Made by a program: the position numbers and the translations under genes | Shown here: positions 22,096 to 34,657 of the stretch, piece by piece | How positions within the stretch are numbered: the first letter of the stretch is position 1 | How the letters are laid out: the number at the start of each line of letters is the position of its first letter | NCBI GenBank assembly: GCA_002633005.1 | Contig: NMRA01000363.1 | Location: 308,935-372,934 of the forward strand | Direction of reading: 5' to 3' | DNA length: 64,000 nt | DNA from: Phoronis australis | Taxonomy: Eukaryota; Animalia; Phoronida | Notes under the pieces: model-generated | What the model was told of the DNA's origin: nothing | Seen by the model: only the letters and a program-made list of their open reading frames with translations | Databases searched by the model: none

Positions 22096-23417
22096 TTGCT
22101 AGAGGTTTTGAGGAATTTCAAAATGACATTCAAAAAGATTCACCTACATGTGCGCATGAGTCACTGCGCTTGATTTTTGCAATTTTGGCCATGAAAAACT
22201 GGAAAATGAATTCAATGGACATTAAGACAGCATTTTTGCAGGGAAATCCTATTGACAGGGAAATATATATCAGACCCCCCAAAGAAGCCAATGCGAACAG
22301 TAAATTATGGCGATTGGAAAAATGCGTATATGGCCTAAGCGACGCTTCACTGAACTGGTATTTTCGGGTGAAATCAGTCATGTTGGAAAACGGGGGGAAG
22401 ATGTCAAGGGTGGATCCTGCTGTATTTTACTGGATGAATGATAGAAATGAGGTCTATGGTATACTCGCATGTCATGTTGATGATTTTGTCTGGGGAGGTA
22501 CAGAAGAGTTTGAGACTGTTATTTCCAAAATTAGATCAACTTTTAAGGTTGGCAAAGAGAATAGTGATGCATTCAAATACTGTGGGATTGAATTGCAATG
22601 CACAGGTGACAATAGGATAATTTTGCATCAGAATAAATATACGGATGATTTGTTGCAGATTGATGTTAGTGCTAGTAGAGCTAGTGAACAGGATTCTGTG
22701 TTGACTGAGAATGAGAAGCATGCTCTTAGGTCCAAAGTTGGGCAATTGTTATGGTTAGCACACCAAAGTAGACCAGATTTACTGTTTGATGTTAGTGTTG
22801 TGGCGAACAATATCAAATGTTGTACTGTAAAAGACATGCTGATGGTAAACAAGATTATTGGCAAGGCTAAAGCAACAAAGATGTCTCTAAAGTATCAATC
22901 CTTAGGACAGGACAGTGACTTGTGCGTGGCTTTGTTCAGTGATGCTGCCTTGGGCAATTTACCTGACGGTGGAAGTCAAGGGGGTTATTTTATTGGTTTG
23001 ATGAACAAGTCTGGGAAAATAACACCTATTTGGTGGAATTCAAAGAAAATCAGACGGGTAGTTAGAAGTACATTGGCAGCTGAAACTTTAGCCATGGCAG
23101 AAGGCATTGATGTGTCTCTCTTCATAATGACACTTTTAGGTGAATTGACGTGTGGGACACCAGATTCTACTGTTGTACAACTGGTATGTTTTACTGATTG
23201 TAAGTCATTATTTGAGGCAATTAAGTCACAAAAGTTTGTAACAGAGAAGAGGCTTCGCATGGAAATCAGTGGTATAAAGGAACTCATTGAAAACAAACAG
23301 ATTAAAGAAATTAAATGGTGTGATTCTAAAGCTCAACTAGCTGATTGTCTTACAAAACGTGGAGCATCCTCTATTGTACTGCGAAAAGTGTTAGAGACAG
23401 GCATGTTAGAATTTTAG
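22092..23417 (+). pseudogene. Copia reverse transcriptase-RNase H, out of frame with the upstream polyprotein
   Basis: RLVARGF, DIKTAFLQG, YGLSDA, HVDD, SRPDL, FSDA, LAAETLA, TDCKSL, QLADCLTK; the usual 'RWV.T.K...KA' segment between CIS and RLVARGF is missing. Confidence 0.85.
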
Positions 23418-23508
23418 TCAGAACATTTATTGTATACGTGTTAGGAAAACTATATTAGATAGTTTTTGGTGTATGGATCATCTTAAGGAAAAGAAAGAGA
23501 GTGGAATT

Positions 23509-23740
23509 TGATAACTATATTGGAATGTGTTTATATCCTGTCGTTACATAATATTCTATCCTGTTGTTGTTTATGGTTTAGTGGTTCATGTTTTGTAGTC
23601 AGTACTGTATTAGTCATATATTCCTAGAACCTATTGACTTCCTGTACATTTCTGTATATATTCTATTATTTGTTGATATCAATACACTTTTAGTTCGACA
23701 GCCAACTGGGCACAATCTTTGTTTTACTCACAACTTTTCA
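23509..23740 (+). repeat. 3' LTR
   Basis: 232-bp copy of the 5' LTR, followed by TSD TTTGT. Confidence 0.95.
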
Positions 23741-23787
23741 TTTGTAGCTGCTCGTTTTTGCACCACTGAAGTTCCCTGACATGTTCC

Positions 23788-23810
23788 TTGTTGTTGTTGT
23801 TGTTGTTGTT
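23788..23810. repeat. (TTG)n microsatellite
   Basis: About 7 TTG units. Confidence 0.9.
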
Positions 23811-24152
23811 CTCGTATTCTTAATTGAACATTTTTCTTTGCTGCATTAATGTCAACAAAGTATTGCACCTGTGCTGTGAGCTACAACACTCCGACGCCAG
23901 AAACTTGGATAAGTGTGACAAATATCCTTGGATATAATGAATGCATCATGTTCTTCACCATCCCAGCATCAATTAAAGGCAAAAAATGCACCGTCGATAA
24001 AGCAAGTTCATCAGGTAAATTTGAACCAAACAGAATCCCCATTCTTCTGGATACCCTTTCAATTTCGGTACTTTTAAACGGTTGACATTGAGACTTTTTT
24101 CACGATCATGGCACACATACACGTCGACAGTGATCGACTGACATGACTTGTG

Positions 24153-24269
24153 AAAAAGTGTCTGACAAAGTGAAGGCAATAATAAGGTGCTTTCTATACC
24201 TCTGGGACAAAAAGTGTCTGACAAAGTGAAGGCAATAACAAGGTGCTTTCTATACCTCTGGGACAAAAA
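24153..24269. repeat. 56-bp tandem duplication
   Basis: aaaaagtgtctgacaaagtgaaggcaataa(t/c)aaggtgctttctatacctctgggac occurs twice with one mismatch. Confidence 0.9.
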
Positions 24270-24541
24270 AGACTATCACTGTGTAATCCGGGCCAAGCCT
24301 TAGGCTGTCTTCTTTCTGAGCTGGTTGATTATTGTACAACTGCCATGACTGGACTCACAGTAAAACTCGGCTATGGGCCCATAAACTTCATGTAATAAAA
24401 TGTTTCCACAGCAGTGCTTAATGAAGAAAAGGTTTCTGGATGGTGACAACATGGTTAAAGGACTTGAAATTTAGCGTAGCATTTATTATCAACATTGGGA
24501 TTGTACACCGTCATTTAAACATTCTTCGCTACACTCCTTAC

Positions 24542-24806
24542 CTGACATCCAAGCATTGGAGGAGTAGAACACTTGAGACGGCTGAGGCTGGGGACTGTAG
24601 CCTGCTGACATCTGTTGAGGGACAGGTGGAAACACAGGACCAGAAGCTGCCACTGGTGAGCCGGGCACAGAGCCATGGTTCAAGTACACCACACCTCCTG
24701 GTGGGGCGGGTGATGGGTACATTGGTGGACTAACCATCTTCCACACACCTTGATGGGGAGCAGTTTTATTCGAGACATCACGAGGCTCGGCAGGCTTGCA
24801 CTCCAC
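24542..24806 (-). CDS. DAZAP1: DAZAP1-like exon 7 (end of RRM2 and start of Pro-rich region)
   Basis: ctacag|GTG GAG TGC AAG: VECKPAEPRD, compare DAZAP1 VEVKRAEPRD; ends at TCAG|gtaagg. Confidence 0.9.
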
Positions 24807-25814
24807 CTGTAGAGATAGACTGGCAACTTTAGTAAGGGTGATTGGTCGACACCTGCAGTAGAAATTATGTTGCAGGTGATATTAGGTGTTAATTACAACA
24901 GCTAAGCCTGCCTTTCACCACAAAAAGCAAGTTTAGATTCAGACCTGACAAACCGTTATGAAATGCACAGGTCTCGAATTCTTGCCTGAGACTATAATTG
25001 CGGATGGGCATGATCGAGCTGTCTTACAAGTACATCTCTTGCGGCGCTTTTCATTTGCCCATCTTACCAGTGATTAGTATTTTTTACCCGTTACTTATGT
25101 TCAGTCACTACCTATTACTTGTAATTGTATTAGTCATAAAAATGACCTTACTTATAATTGTATTAGTCATAATAAATGACCTTATATCGCCTACCCCGAT
25201 CTTTGTTTTATCTCTGGTAACGAGCTTGTGATGCATGAACTACATCATTCGGGACACTTAATATATGTCGATCATAAATACATGTAATGCACACGCAGGA
25301 GCAAAATCGGTAGAGCATATCTGCAGAGACTCATACTTAAAACAACAAAAATGGTACAAGTGACAGGAATTGTTTCACTATTTAAGTAATTCTCTTTCAT
25401 TGGTACTATGTGAGCAACTATATAATGCTATCTACAATCTTTGAAGAATACCATTAATAGCAAGTCAGACCATATGATGGTAAAGTATACAATTCCCTTA
25501 TGAACAAATATCAAATATGGAATTTGCCCATCCACAAACAGGTTAGTGTCACTGAATTTTAATGTCAGTAAAAACTCCGGACAAATTCTTTTCAATCCTT
25601 CACATTGCTCAGCTCAGTTGTAAGCTACAACTCAGTAATTGTTATTTGAAACAAGTTGACAGGCCACCATATGTTAACTTGTGTCAAGCATTAGTGGTGA
25701 TGCACAATGTCATAAGGTCTTCCAAGCCCATGAATCATAATTTTGACTGAACAAATATGAGACCAAATTCATATTATGGTATCGGAGGCATAAATCAGAA
25801 GTTTGTAACAGATG

Positions 25815-26311
25815 ACCATCAATGTAATATAACATACCTGTTTACCGACCACCAGTGTAATATACCTGTTTACCATCAGTGTAATAACATACCTGTCTAC
25901 CACCAGTGTAATAATATACCTGTTCACCATCAGTGTAATGAGATACCTGTCTACCATCAGTGTAATAACATACCTGTCTACCATCAGTGTAATAACATAC
26001 CTATCTACCATCAGTGTAATAACATACCTGCCCAGAAAATATGACATACCAGTCTACCATCAGCGTAATACAACATACCTGTCTACCATCAGTGTAATAC
26101 AACATGCCTGTCTACCATCAGTGTAATATAACATACCTGTTTAACATCAGTGTAATAACATACCAGTTTACCATAAATAAAATAACATACTTGTTTACCA
26201 TCAGTGTAATAACATACCTGTTTACCATCAGTGTAATAACATACCAGTTTACCATTAATAAATTAACATACTTGTTTACCATCAGTGTAATAACATACCT
26301 GTTTACCATCA
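25815..26311 (-). repeat. 27-bp minisatellite (18 units) made of the exon end plus its 5' splice site
   Basis: Minus-strand unit TGATGGTAAACAG|GTATGTTATTACAC; the first unit is the true exon 6/intron junction. Confidence 0.92.
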
Positions 26312-26381
26312 ATACTGACGTACTGTTGTGAACAGATCTTCTCCATGGACTCTTTGTCCTCGAAAGACACAAATCCAAATC
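26299..26381 (-). CDS. DAZAP1: DAZAP1-like exon 6 (RRM2 RNP1)
   Basis: actcag|GA TTT GGA TTT: (G)FGFVSFEDKESMEKICSQQYVSIDGKQ|gtatgt. Confidence 0.92.
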
Positions 26382-27938
26382 CTGAGTGTGAAGAAGGGAT
26401 AAAGTAAGCCATTAGTTACACCTAGGTTACACATATGACAAAGTCACGACTTGTCCCAAATGAATCCTCCCACTCATTCAAGATAGTCAGCTCCTGAGAT
26501 CAGCCTTCATGTTATTTATCATAACCTATTTTGCCCGGGGTTGCCACCAGCTAAGATGCATAGTAAAACAAGATGGCGATTGCGAACAATGTCATTTATT
26601 ATGACGTAAGTAGAAGAACTAAATAAGACATGGAAAAAACGCCACTGGCATGTATAATAAATTGCCCCTAATGATGGAACTAAAACAAATGACTTAACAA
26701 CTGCCTGAAGGGTCGAAAGAAAATGTACAAAGGAAAGATATAAACAAACAAAAGACGTGAAGGGCCTACCAAGTAAATAAGAATGAGAAAAAATTAAAAC
26801 AGGCACCTGGAATGGAGCGGGGTGGGAAAAATATAGAGGAAAACATAGGTCTTGTAGACGATGAGGTAGGTGGCTGAATGGACTTGACCATATTATACTG
26901 AACAAAGGAATATGAGTGACTAATTAGGTGTTAATAAATGCATGCATGCAAATACAAAAGTAGAACCCTGAGGCTGTAATTAGAAATGAGTAAAATAATG
27001 TAAAATAAACCCTAAGGGTTGATATAAAAGTAAAACTATCAAATGCCCGGCAAAATAATGACGATAAATGCATTTAACAATTTAGTTAAACTCAAAGTGG
27101 GAGCTTTATTAACAAGTTAAGTTTTAAATTTAGTAATTTTCTGACAGAAGAACGCCAGTTTTTAAAGTTTATTCCAAGGTAGTCTACCATCAAGCCAACT
27201 GTTCTGTGAATAACTTTCGTGACCCACAACCCAGTAGGAAAACACATTAGGGCCTCATTTAAAAAATGATGTGCTGATTCGATAGGGACAGAATACTATA
27301 GAACACTTGGCAAGTTTATTAACTTTCTATTAGAGTTGTTGAACACAACACAGCAGTAAAACTTCGATGCCATCAAATACATTATATAAATTGCAGCCAA
27401 GAAAATAATGCAAAAATCAAAACGACAACAAATAACATTGAGAAATTCCAATGGCACAAAAATGAGGGGTGAGATTCAAGTATCTCGATCAGTGTAATTG
27501 AGGACATCCATTGGGTCAAATGTCTTTTCGACAGAATTTTAGCAAAAAAGAAAGGCTCATTAATAGCAAATCGATAACAAAACGAAAAAAGCCTGTGAGG
27601 TGTCTAAATTATCATCATTTGCGTTTTATGGAACTCATGAGTTTTTTCATTAATATCATTTTTTCAATTGCACATCATACAAAAGTAGAATATATTGAAC
27701 ACAATTCCTAACAATGTTTTGGTGCATAAAGCATTAATTTTATTAATAGTATTAGCGAGTTTCATACAAACACTTCTGATACATAATTTTCCAAATGTTG
27801 CCTTCAGCTGACTTGATGAGTGCCTTAAATTAAAACACGTCCTTTTTTAGAAAATTAATTTGAGTCTTTAAGCTAAATGCATGTTCGTTCCAGCTCAATG
27901 TTATCAACTGCTTGACGACAATTGTAGACGGTGCGTAC

Positions 27939-27999
27939 CTCTGGAGTTTCCTCGAGTCCCATCTTTAAGTTGGTCACACATTATTGTGACCTCTGTCAC
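27939..27999 (-). CDS. DAZAP1: DAZAP1-like exon 5
   Basis: tttcag|VTEVTIMCDQLKDGTRGNSR(G)|gtacg, compare DAZAP1 VTEVVMIYDAEKQRPRG. Confidence 0.9.
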
Positions 28000-28497
28000 C
28001 TGAAATCAACAGTAGGGGATTACAACAAAGAATCTCCACAATAAAAACACTCAGTGAATTAGCATATTGTATTTATATTTAACTGGTTACCAGGAAAGTG
28101 CGATACGAAAATGTCAATTTCAATCTTCTCAAACTTAAATTCATTAGGCCAAAGGCATGTGATTGTCGCTATCTATCCGACATGCGTATTAGTTGAGACC
28201 AATTTCATTATAATGGTAAGTGGCATATCGTAGCTTTCCATAGTCTCAACCTGAGCAGTCTTATTGTATTCAAAATTTTCAATTAATTTTGAATGAAAAT
28301 TAATTAAGAAAATTTACTGTTTTTTGTATGGTCCATAAGACAGCTGTTGAGGTTAAAATACTGGAATTACGCCAAATAAGTTTGAACCTTTACTTCTACA
28401 AGAAAAGCACGAGTCATTATAATTGCACTGTTCCTTGCATTCAGTCACAAAATGAACTTCACCGAATTAACCAATGGGTATTCATCCTGCAATTTAC

Positions 28498-28638
28498 CTT
28501 GCCAAAGTATTCGTTGAAGAAACTCTTTAGGGATGCTTCATCAACAGATGGCGACAGTCCACCCACAAAGATCTTATTCTTCTTCTCACCAAGCTTGGCT
28601 TTGTTCTCGCTCCGTGGATTACAAGCCTTGGGATCAAT
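28498..28638 (-). CDS. DAZAP1: DAZAP1-like exon 4 (RRM linker and RRM2 RNP2)
   Basis: IDPKACNPRSENKAKLGEKKNKIFVGGLSPSVDEASLKSFFNEYFGK|gtaaat. Confidence 0.94.
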
Positions 28639-29335
28639 CTGTGTGATATGTACGACAGTACGGAGAATGTCACTTGATGAGTTTTGGCCATAACTGAATA
28701 GCTACGTTAAACCTGTGCTTTCAATCAAAAGTCTAAATTTTGATTCGAGGCCAGTGAATCTAGGGCTGGTGGAAGAACTGACAATTTGTTATAATGGTCA
28801 TTTCATGCACATGATAGTTCACGTCATCACGCGACTTTCAAATTTGATGATAAACAGGCCTCTTGACAACAAACCTAATTGACAAAGGCCAAATTACAAG
28901 ATGACACGAAACGGGTCTCAACTTCCTAATAGGATTATACCTAACAAAAAAATACAGGAGTCTTCACTAAATCTGTTTTTATGACATCTACACAGCGCAC
29001 AAACCAATAGTCATTAAAAATGTTCACAATTTTATTTTTGGCAAGAAAATTGGTAAAATGAAATTTCACTTGTCAGCCATATTGTGAGCTTAGTGAAGAC
29101 TTATTACCGTAAAATAAACAAAATCCGCTGACTTCCATGCACAGACTAATGAGGCCTAGCAATGTTGATGTTATGAAATGGACAATTTTCATGTTTCGGA
29201 CTCCACACTGCACAGAATGCGCTCAGTATCCGTAATTTGAGAAACGAGAAAGGCAAAAGTCAACCGACACTGTGTCCCTGTATTTAAAACAACGACAACC
29301 AAAATCAATCTTTGCTGGAACTGCTGTACACTTAC

Positions 29336-29502
29336 TACTCTTCCGTCCAAAGCATGGGGTCCGTTGGATAGCACATCGTCCACACAACTTGGCTCTCGAT
29401 ATTTGACAAAGCCAAAACCTCTGGATTTTCCAGTCATGCTATTGTTCATGACAACGCAGTCAATCACCTCGCCATACTTTTGGAAATAGTTGAGAAGACT
29501 TT
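29336..29502 (-). CDS. DAZAP1: DAZAP1-like exon 3 (RRM1 core)
   Basis: ESLLNYFQKYGEVIDCVVMNNSMTGKSRGFGFVKYREPSCVDDVLSNGPHALDGRV|gtaagt. Confidence 0.96.
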
Positions 29503-30732
29503 CTAAAACAGTTGAAAAGACACTGTCTCAAACATAATCCCGGACAATGGAACATGACTCCGGATCTGAACTGGCAAAGCAGACTTTCTAAAATGGCTGA
29601 TTGGAATCAGTCTGCTGTAATTAAAAAGTTCTGAATTAGCTTTGTAATTAATTAAACTTTTCACTATCGAGAAGGTTCCTAGCATAGGGGAGAAGACTAT
29701 CGGAGACATTCTAAAATAGTGCCACAGTAATCATAGACAAACTATATTAAGAACAAATTCAAGCAAATCTAAAATTTAGCTGGTATAAAATTGACGCATT
29801 TTTGTAGCTTAATTTACCTGTCTTAATACGATGAATATTTTCAGGCATCCAGTTGAGTAAATAATATGAAAAAAATTAAATCAATTACTGGACTTATGGA
29901 TTGGCTTTATGTTGCGTCCTCCTCTTGAGGATTGACTTTGGCAGGCTACTGAGGTGTCACGTGACTCATCATGTGATAATGGCCTGCCAATGTCTTCGAG
30001 ATGAGGACGCAACATAGCCAACTCAATATTTAAGTCCAGTAATTGATTCATTTTTTTCATATTACCTGTCTCAAAGTTATGTAGGGCCATATCAACTAGT
30101 CTAATGTATTTGGCCAAATATCTGGAAAACTAGATTACGACTCAGGAAAAGTATACATTTTCTGAAAGCCTATAGAATTTGATGTTAGGTTTTATACATC
30201 AATGAATTAACCACTAATTGGGTCATGTGAACACGCATTTCTAGTATTTTAGCAGAAACGAATGGTACATCATTCCATAACAAAACAACGATATCAATTA
30301 CATGACCGAATTTCATTTGATGTAAATGATCTAGTTGAAATCTCAATAATGCTATTACAGTTTTCTAACTTAGTTTGCTTTATGCACCCTTCGAGTTCTT
30401 TAATAAAAAATATGATGAAAAGCTCCATTTTGATAGCCCTTATGCCAAAGTACAACATTTCAAAAGCAATTTCTACAGAGTTGCAGAGAAATGTGCAAAA
30501 AGCTTGGAGAAAGTTTTATGTCAATGGCATCAGCCATCTCTGAGATTTAATGCCCCAAAGTTTACATAATTTGGACATTTTCTAAGGGTTCTGCATAACC
30601 TTATAACTAAATAGTCAAATCATATTACAATGTGCCTGGTTCGTAAGCTGAAAATGCTTGGTTGCAATGAACAAAACCGATCATGTTTGTATTCCAATGA
30701 AAACAATTATTACTAGTGACGGGATGACTTAC

Positions 30733-30773
30733 CATGCGTGGTTGCCCAGCTTAGCCCTCCAACAAAGATTTTT
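30733..30773 (-). CDS. DAZAP1: DAZAP1-like exon 2 (RRM1 RNP2)
   Basis: ttgtag|A AAA ATC TTT GTT GGA GGG CTA AGC TGG: KIFVGGLSWATTH|gtaagt. Confidence 0.94.
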
Positions 30774-31369
30774 CTACAACAAACACATGAGTTATACAGC
30801 TAAAGATTTGTAGTTACAATAATGTGTACAAGGGAATGTAGAACGGGGACGTCAACTTGTACCTAACACAAAAGTGGTAATCGCTTCGAGTAGAACTTAA
30901 AATATCACACATAAAAAATGAAAGGCTTCATCCCCGGAGTAAGGTTATTGTCTACTTATGTCGCACCAAAGTAATTGCTAAAATTGTCATTTGTCCATTT
31001 CTAAAGGCTGGTTGCATACTTTGCTGCAAATACAAAAAAACAAAAATTCTTTTTTAATGCTACCTACGCAGTTACAAAAAGTCCTCAGTCATAGACTAAA
31101 ATATTCTAATCAATATATAAAGAAAATTAAAAACGCAATGTTTCGCCAGAGTCTACAGGCCAATGTGCGACCTCTAGTGGATTCGATTGGAGATGATAAA
31201 ATCGGCGGGAAACTTTATTCACTCTGTCCCAGGCATGTGATAGGTTGAATTTCAATTAAAGCCTGTGGTTAAAAGACACTGTTTTCAATAATTTCATATC
31301 TACACTCTTTGTCTCCCATTCCAACCAATTTTTATGTGCCCACATATTTATATGTGGGTGCATATTGCC

Positions 31370-31503
31370 GTCATTCTCTTTGTCAAGAATTAGAACACTT
31401 TCAAGGTCAAAGTTGTGACCCGATTCCTGACAGAGGGTAAATACGGCAGAGTCATAAGCGTCACAAAAGCTAGGTCCACGATGTTGGGAAAACAGTGCTT
31501 TCA
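31370..31503 (-). mobile_element. Penelope-like retroelement remnant (C-terminal part of GIY-YIG endonuclease)
   Basis: KALFSQHRGPSFCDAYDSAVFTLCQESGHNFDLESVLILDKE resembles the 'QHRR....DSAV..H....GH.F....V.ILD.E' tail of Penelope endonucleases. Confidence 0.6.
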
Positions 31504-31817
31504 AAAACTGCCGATTTTCTCAACTCCAACGGAACCCACCAGAGGTCGCACAGGCTTGAAAAAGCCAGCAGATGCTGGCAAAACGTTGCCCTTTTATCTC
31601 AAGGAAGTTCAGTAACATCTCATAATTTTCTGCACAATTATCACACTCTTACTGAATGAGTCATAAAAATTTTAATGTTAATTTTCTGAAAGTTGCGTAC
31701 AGTTACAATTTTTTGTTTTATAGGACTTAATTAGTGGAATGTTTGTAGAGTACAATATACTATTTTTTGATGATATCTTCTGAGAAATTTTTGTTAAACA
31801 ACTCTATGTAAGGCGAG

Positions 31818-31900
31818 TACCGTATTCGCCCTAATAAGCGCCTATGCCCCAATAAGCACCCCCCATGTGTTTTCAGACTTTGCTAAAATAAGCGCCCAGT
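31818..31900. mobile_element. One end of a TA|CCGTA (Tc2/pogo-like) DNA transposon
   Basis: TA|CCGTATTCGCCCTAATAAGCGCC with repeated AATAAGC(G/A)CC; partner end not found. Confidence 0.5.
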
Positions 31901-33446
31901 CAATGAACGCCATGTACATGCGAAAAATGCCTTACAGTTCTAAAATTCTACGTCTTCGATTTATCAATAAGATCCACCACCCGCAGTCCTGAAAAAATCA
32001 TTGCGCGCGGAATTTGTAGACCACGAGCCTCGCCGCTATGTTGATATTTAGCCGTGACTATACATTTCAAACTTCTGCCGTGCTTCAAAAAGAACACAAA
32101 GTTTTGCTGATCTAGTGAGAGATGTATCCTATTATGGTCTGGCCTTTCAGAACAGACGCAGCGTACTTGTCAATGTGATTGTATTGTATCTTTCCCGTAC
32201 ATATCTTCTCCCTCAACAGAAATCCAAATTTCGTTGTATACGTGAAAACCGCAAATCGAAAACTAATAAAATCTTGACCTTTGTTAAAAACACGTGGTCA
32301 GGAAGTGCGCGCTACATACAAGTACCTGTCATCGAAGATTAGTCTTCGGGAACTATCTATTCATGAAATGAATAGCATAGCATCGGCAAGAAATAGTGTG
32401 ATGCATTTTTCAAAAGTTTCTTCTAATACTCTAAAAACGTTTGCATTATTTGTAAGATGAATTATTTAATTACTCGTATGTTTTTAAAGTGAAAATGAAC
32501 GAGCGATAGTGAATACTTCATGAACCTTACACCCCCCTCCAAATCTCCCAAAAAATAACTGTTAGACTTTCACGATCCATGCAGTCACCCAGCGACTCAA
32601 TATCAGCCTCACGGAGACAATTCTCTAACGTTTTTAGCAAATAAGATCAACAAGTGCCAAATAAAACATGTTCTGCTTTACTGCTTGTGCTAATTTCTTT
32701 AGTTACAATGCACACCTAGATCGTTCATGCCTACTCTGTCATTTATGAACTCTGACCTTGACACGCACTGCTCGCTCACTCACACATGTAGACGAACTCC
32801 AAAACAAACAGCACATGACAACAACATGTGTGTTCTTCCAGAGATTTCTCTCGTGTTCTGGAATACGATTTAGCACAGATTTGGACTTAATATGCAGTTA
32901 ATCCTGACTCCACAGGAACTTAAAAATGTTAGGGACGCTATTTTGAAAACTTAAGGAGGACTTCAAGTAATTTGTTTAGTCAAAACTATATTTTTACTCA
33001 AAGATTTGGCGATCACAAGGCAGTGACGCATCAGTTGGCGAGTTTTCGCACTTGGATTTTCTGAAAAATGCTCGTAATTTAACAACAAAGTTTGATAGCA
33101 CTGAATACACTGCAATTTTGTAGAAACTCTGTCTTAACCCATTACAGGTGCATCACAGAATGTAAATTTGATGAATTCTACCTTAGGATTTCAGGGTTTC
33201 AACCACTTTGGGCTATAATAACAAGTGGAGAATTTCTCCTTTACACTGGTCATGGATCTTCAGACAACTTTTATAATGCCTATTCAGCACACCCTTTGTA
33301 TTGATGTAGATCTAAGCTAATGGTGTGGAAAGGTAACAGCTAGCTAGCACTACTTATGGTGGTGGTTATTACACCCAAATTGTTTTTCTCTGGCATTTGC
33401 ACAGAGTTAAAGCCTGCAATGTGAAGAGCAGTTTTAACTTGATACA

Positions 33447-34629
33447 TTTTAAATATTACAAGAAGACTCAAACTTAATTTGCATTGATCTTGACAAAGGG
33501 CCACTTCCCAAAGGAATTGGTTTTAAATACATTTCATACCTGTCTTCATCTCCTTTCTACTTGTTTTTTTACCGGTTAGGGTTGCTATCTTTTTATTTTG
33601 TGTTTAAACGAAGTATCAAAACAACTTAGAAGTCAGTCAATTGTGAACCCATGCATCCCTAAATTTTCCAGGTTACACTTCAAACATGTCACAGCAAACA
33701 AAACTACACGTGTCATTAGTTCAAGTTCAATATTTATTAGAACTCAAATCATAAAATATATACAAGTGTAAATATGGTGATAGCCAAACTGAAGATTTGG
33801 AACCTCTGGAAATTTTGGTTGCAGTAACTACATATAACTATTCTAGCTTTTCCTTAGTCATAAAAATGAAATGACAGCTCCGGTCTTGCGCACCAACCAA
33901 CCTCATCCACTGCTTGCACTCTCTCGTTGGCTACAGGGCTAGCCATCTTAGTTGTCTTCACAGGTGTTCCATTACAACTACCAGCTAACTATTGACATTG
34001 GCATATTTCCGCGAATAACAGTTCTCCGGTTATTGGACTGCTCCTGGACTAAAGTAGTTCGGCATGCACTGGGCCATAAGCGATGTTTTAAAAGTTATTG
34101 ACATCTAATTTGGTCACTGTGTGTTGTTTATAGATGTTTCAATGTAGCTTAGTTGTATATTAAAAGAATAATTTACATGATACCGTATTGTTAACTCGGA
34201 TCATCGCTTGAAAATCACTGAGTATATCAATACTCACAGTCGTTTATCCTCAATCGTACCCAATGTTTGTAATTTTTAGCTTAATAGTTCATCCATTTTA
34301 AAAAAATGAAAATCAAACTTGGTTGTTTTTTCCATCTGAATAAAGCTGTGGTATTTGTTTTTAACGAAAACTGTTGGTTAATGCGGCATTTTGAAAATTC
34401 ACCTATTAATGTACAGGTACAGATGCTCACTACAGTTCATAGTCGGGTAACTACATTTAATTGGGTCTTGCTCGCACTGGACAATGTGGTCATCGCAAAT
34501 GAGTCCGACTCTGGCCCTGCGCTTTCTTTTTGATCCCAGTAAAAACCGCTCAGAAGGACGAGCGGTGAAAAGTCACGCATATCTTTAGAAATGCGTGATT
34601 TTTGTGTAAGCGTATTATTCATGGCATGA
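33447..34629 (+). repeat. Left arm of a diverged long inverted repeat pair in DAZAP1-like intron 1
   Basis: Collinear reverse-complement matches to 37862-38760 (tacattttaaatattaca, cacttccc-aaagga, cacagcaaacaaa, agaactcaaatcataaaa, cagaaggacgag); about 33880-34250 has no partner. Confidence 0.8.
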
Positions 34630-34657
34630 GCGCCCCCTTCCCAAAGCAAATTTTTCT

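Larger units (their letters stand above)
19052..23740 (+). mobile_element. Full-length Ty1/Copia LTR retrotransposon, GalEa-type
   Basis: TG...CA LTRs at 19052-19281 and 23509-23740; perfect 5-bp TSD TTTGT; PBS TGGTAGCAGA (tRNA-iMet) directly after the 5' LTR; polypurine tract about 23485-23506; domain order gag-PR-IN-RT-RH; RT motif HVDD. Confidence 0.96.

Noticed and set aside
22075-22100. Programmed ribosomal frameshift between the two Copia ORFs
   Set aside because: The break lies inside RT, not at a gag/pol boundary, conserved RT residues are missing at the junction and there is no slippery heptamer; a deletion explains it better.
25757-26378. Cys/His-rich repeat ORFs (PVYHQCNNI)n and (YVITLMVNR)n, or a CRISPR-like array
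   Set aside because: They are alternative frames and strands of the 27-bp splice-donor minisatellite. There are no unique spacers or cas genes, and the context is eukaryotic.
34306-34533. Apparent paralogous small proteins (34306-34533 + and 37949-38137 -)
   Set aside because: The similarity comes from the inverted repeat arms; frames are not kept between copies and other frames have stops.
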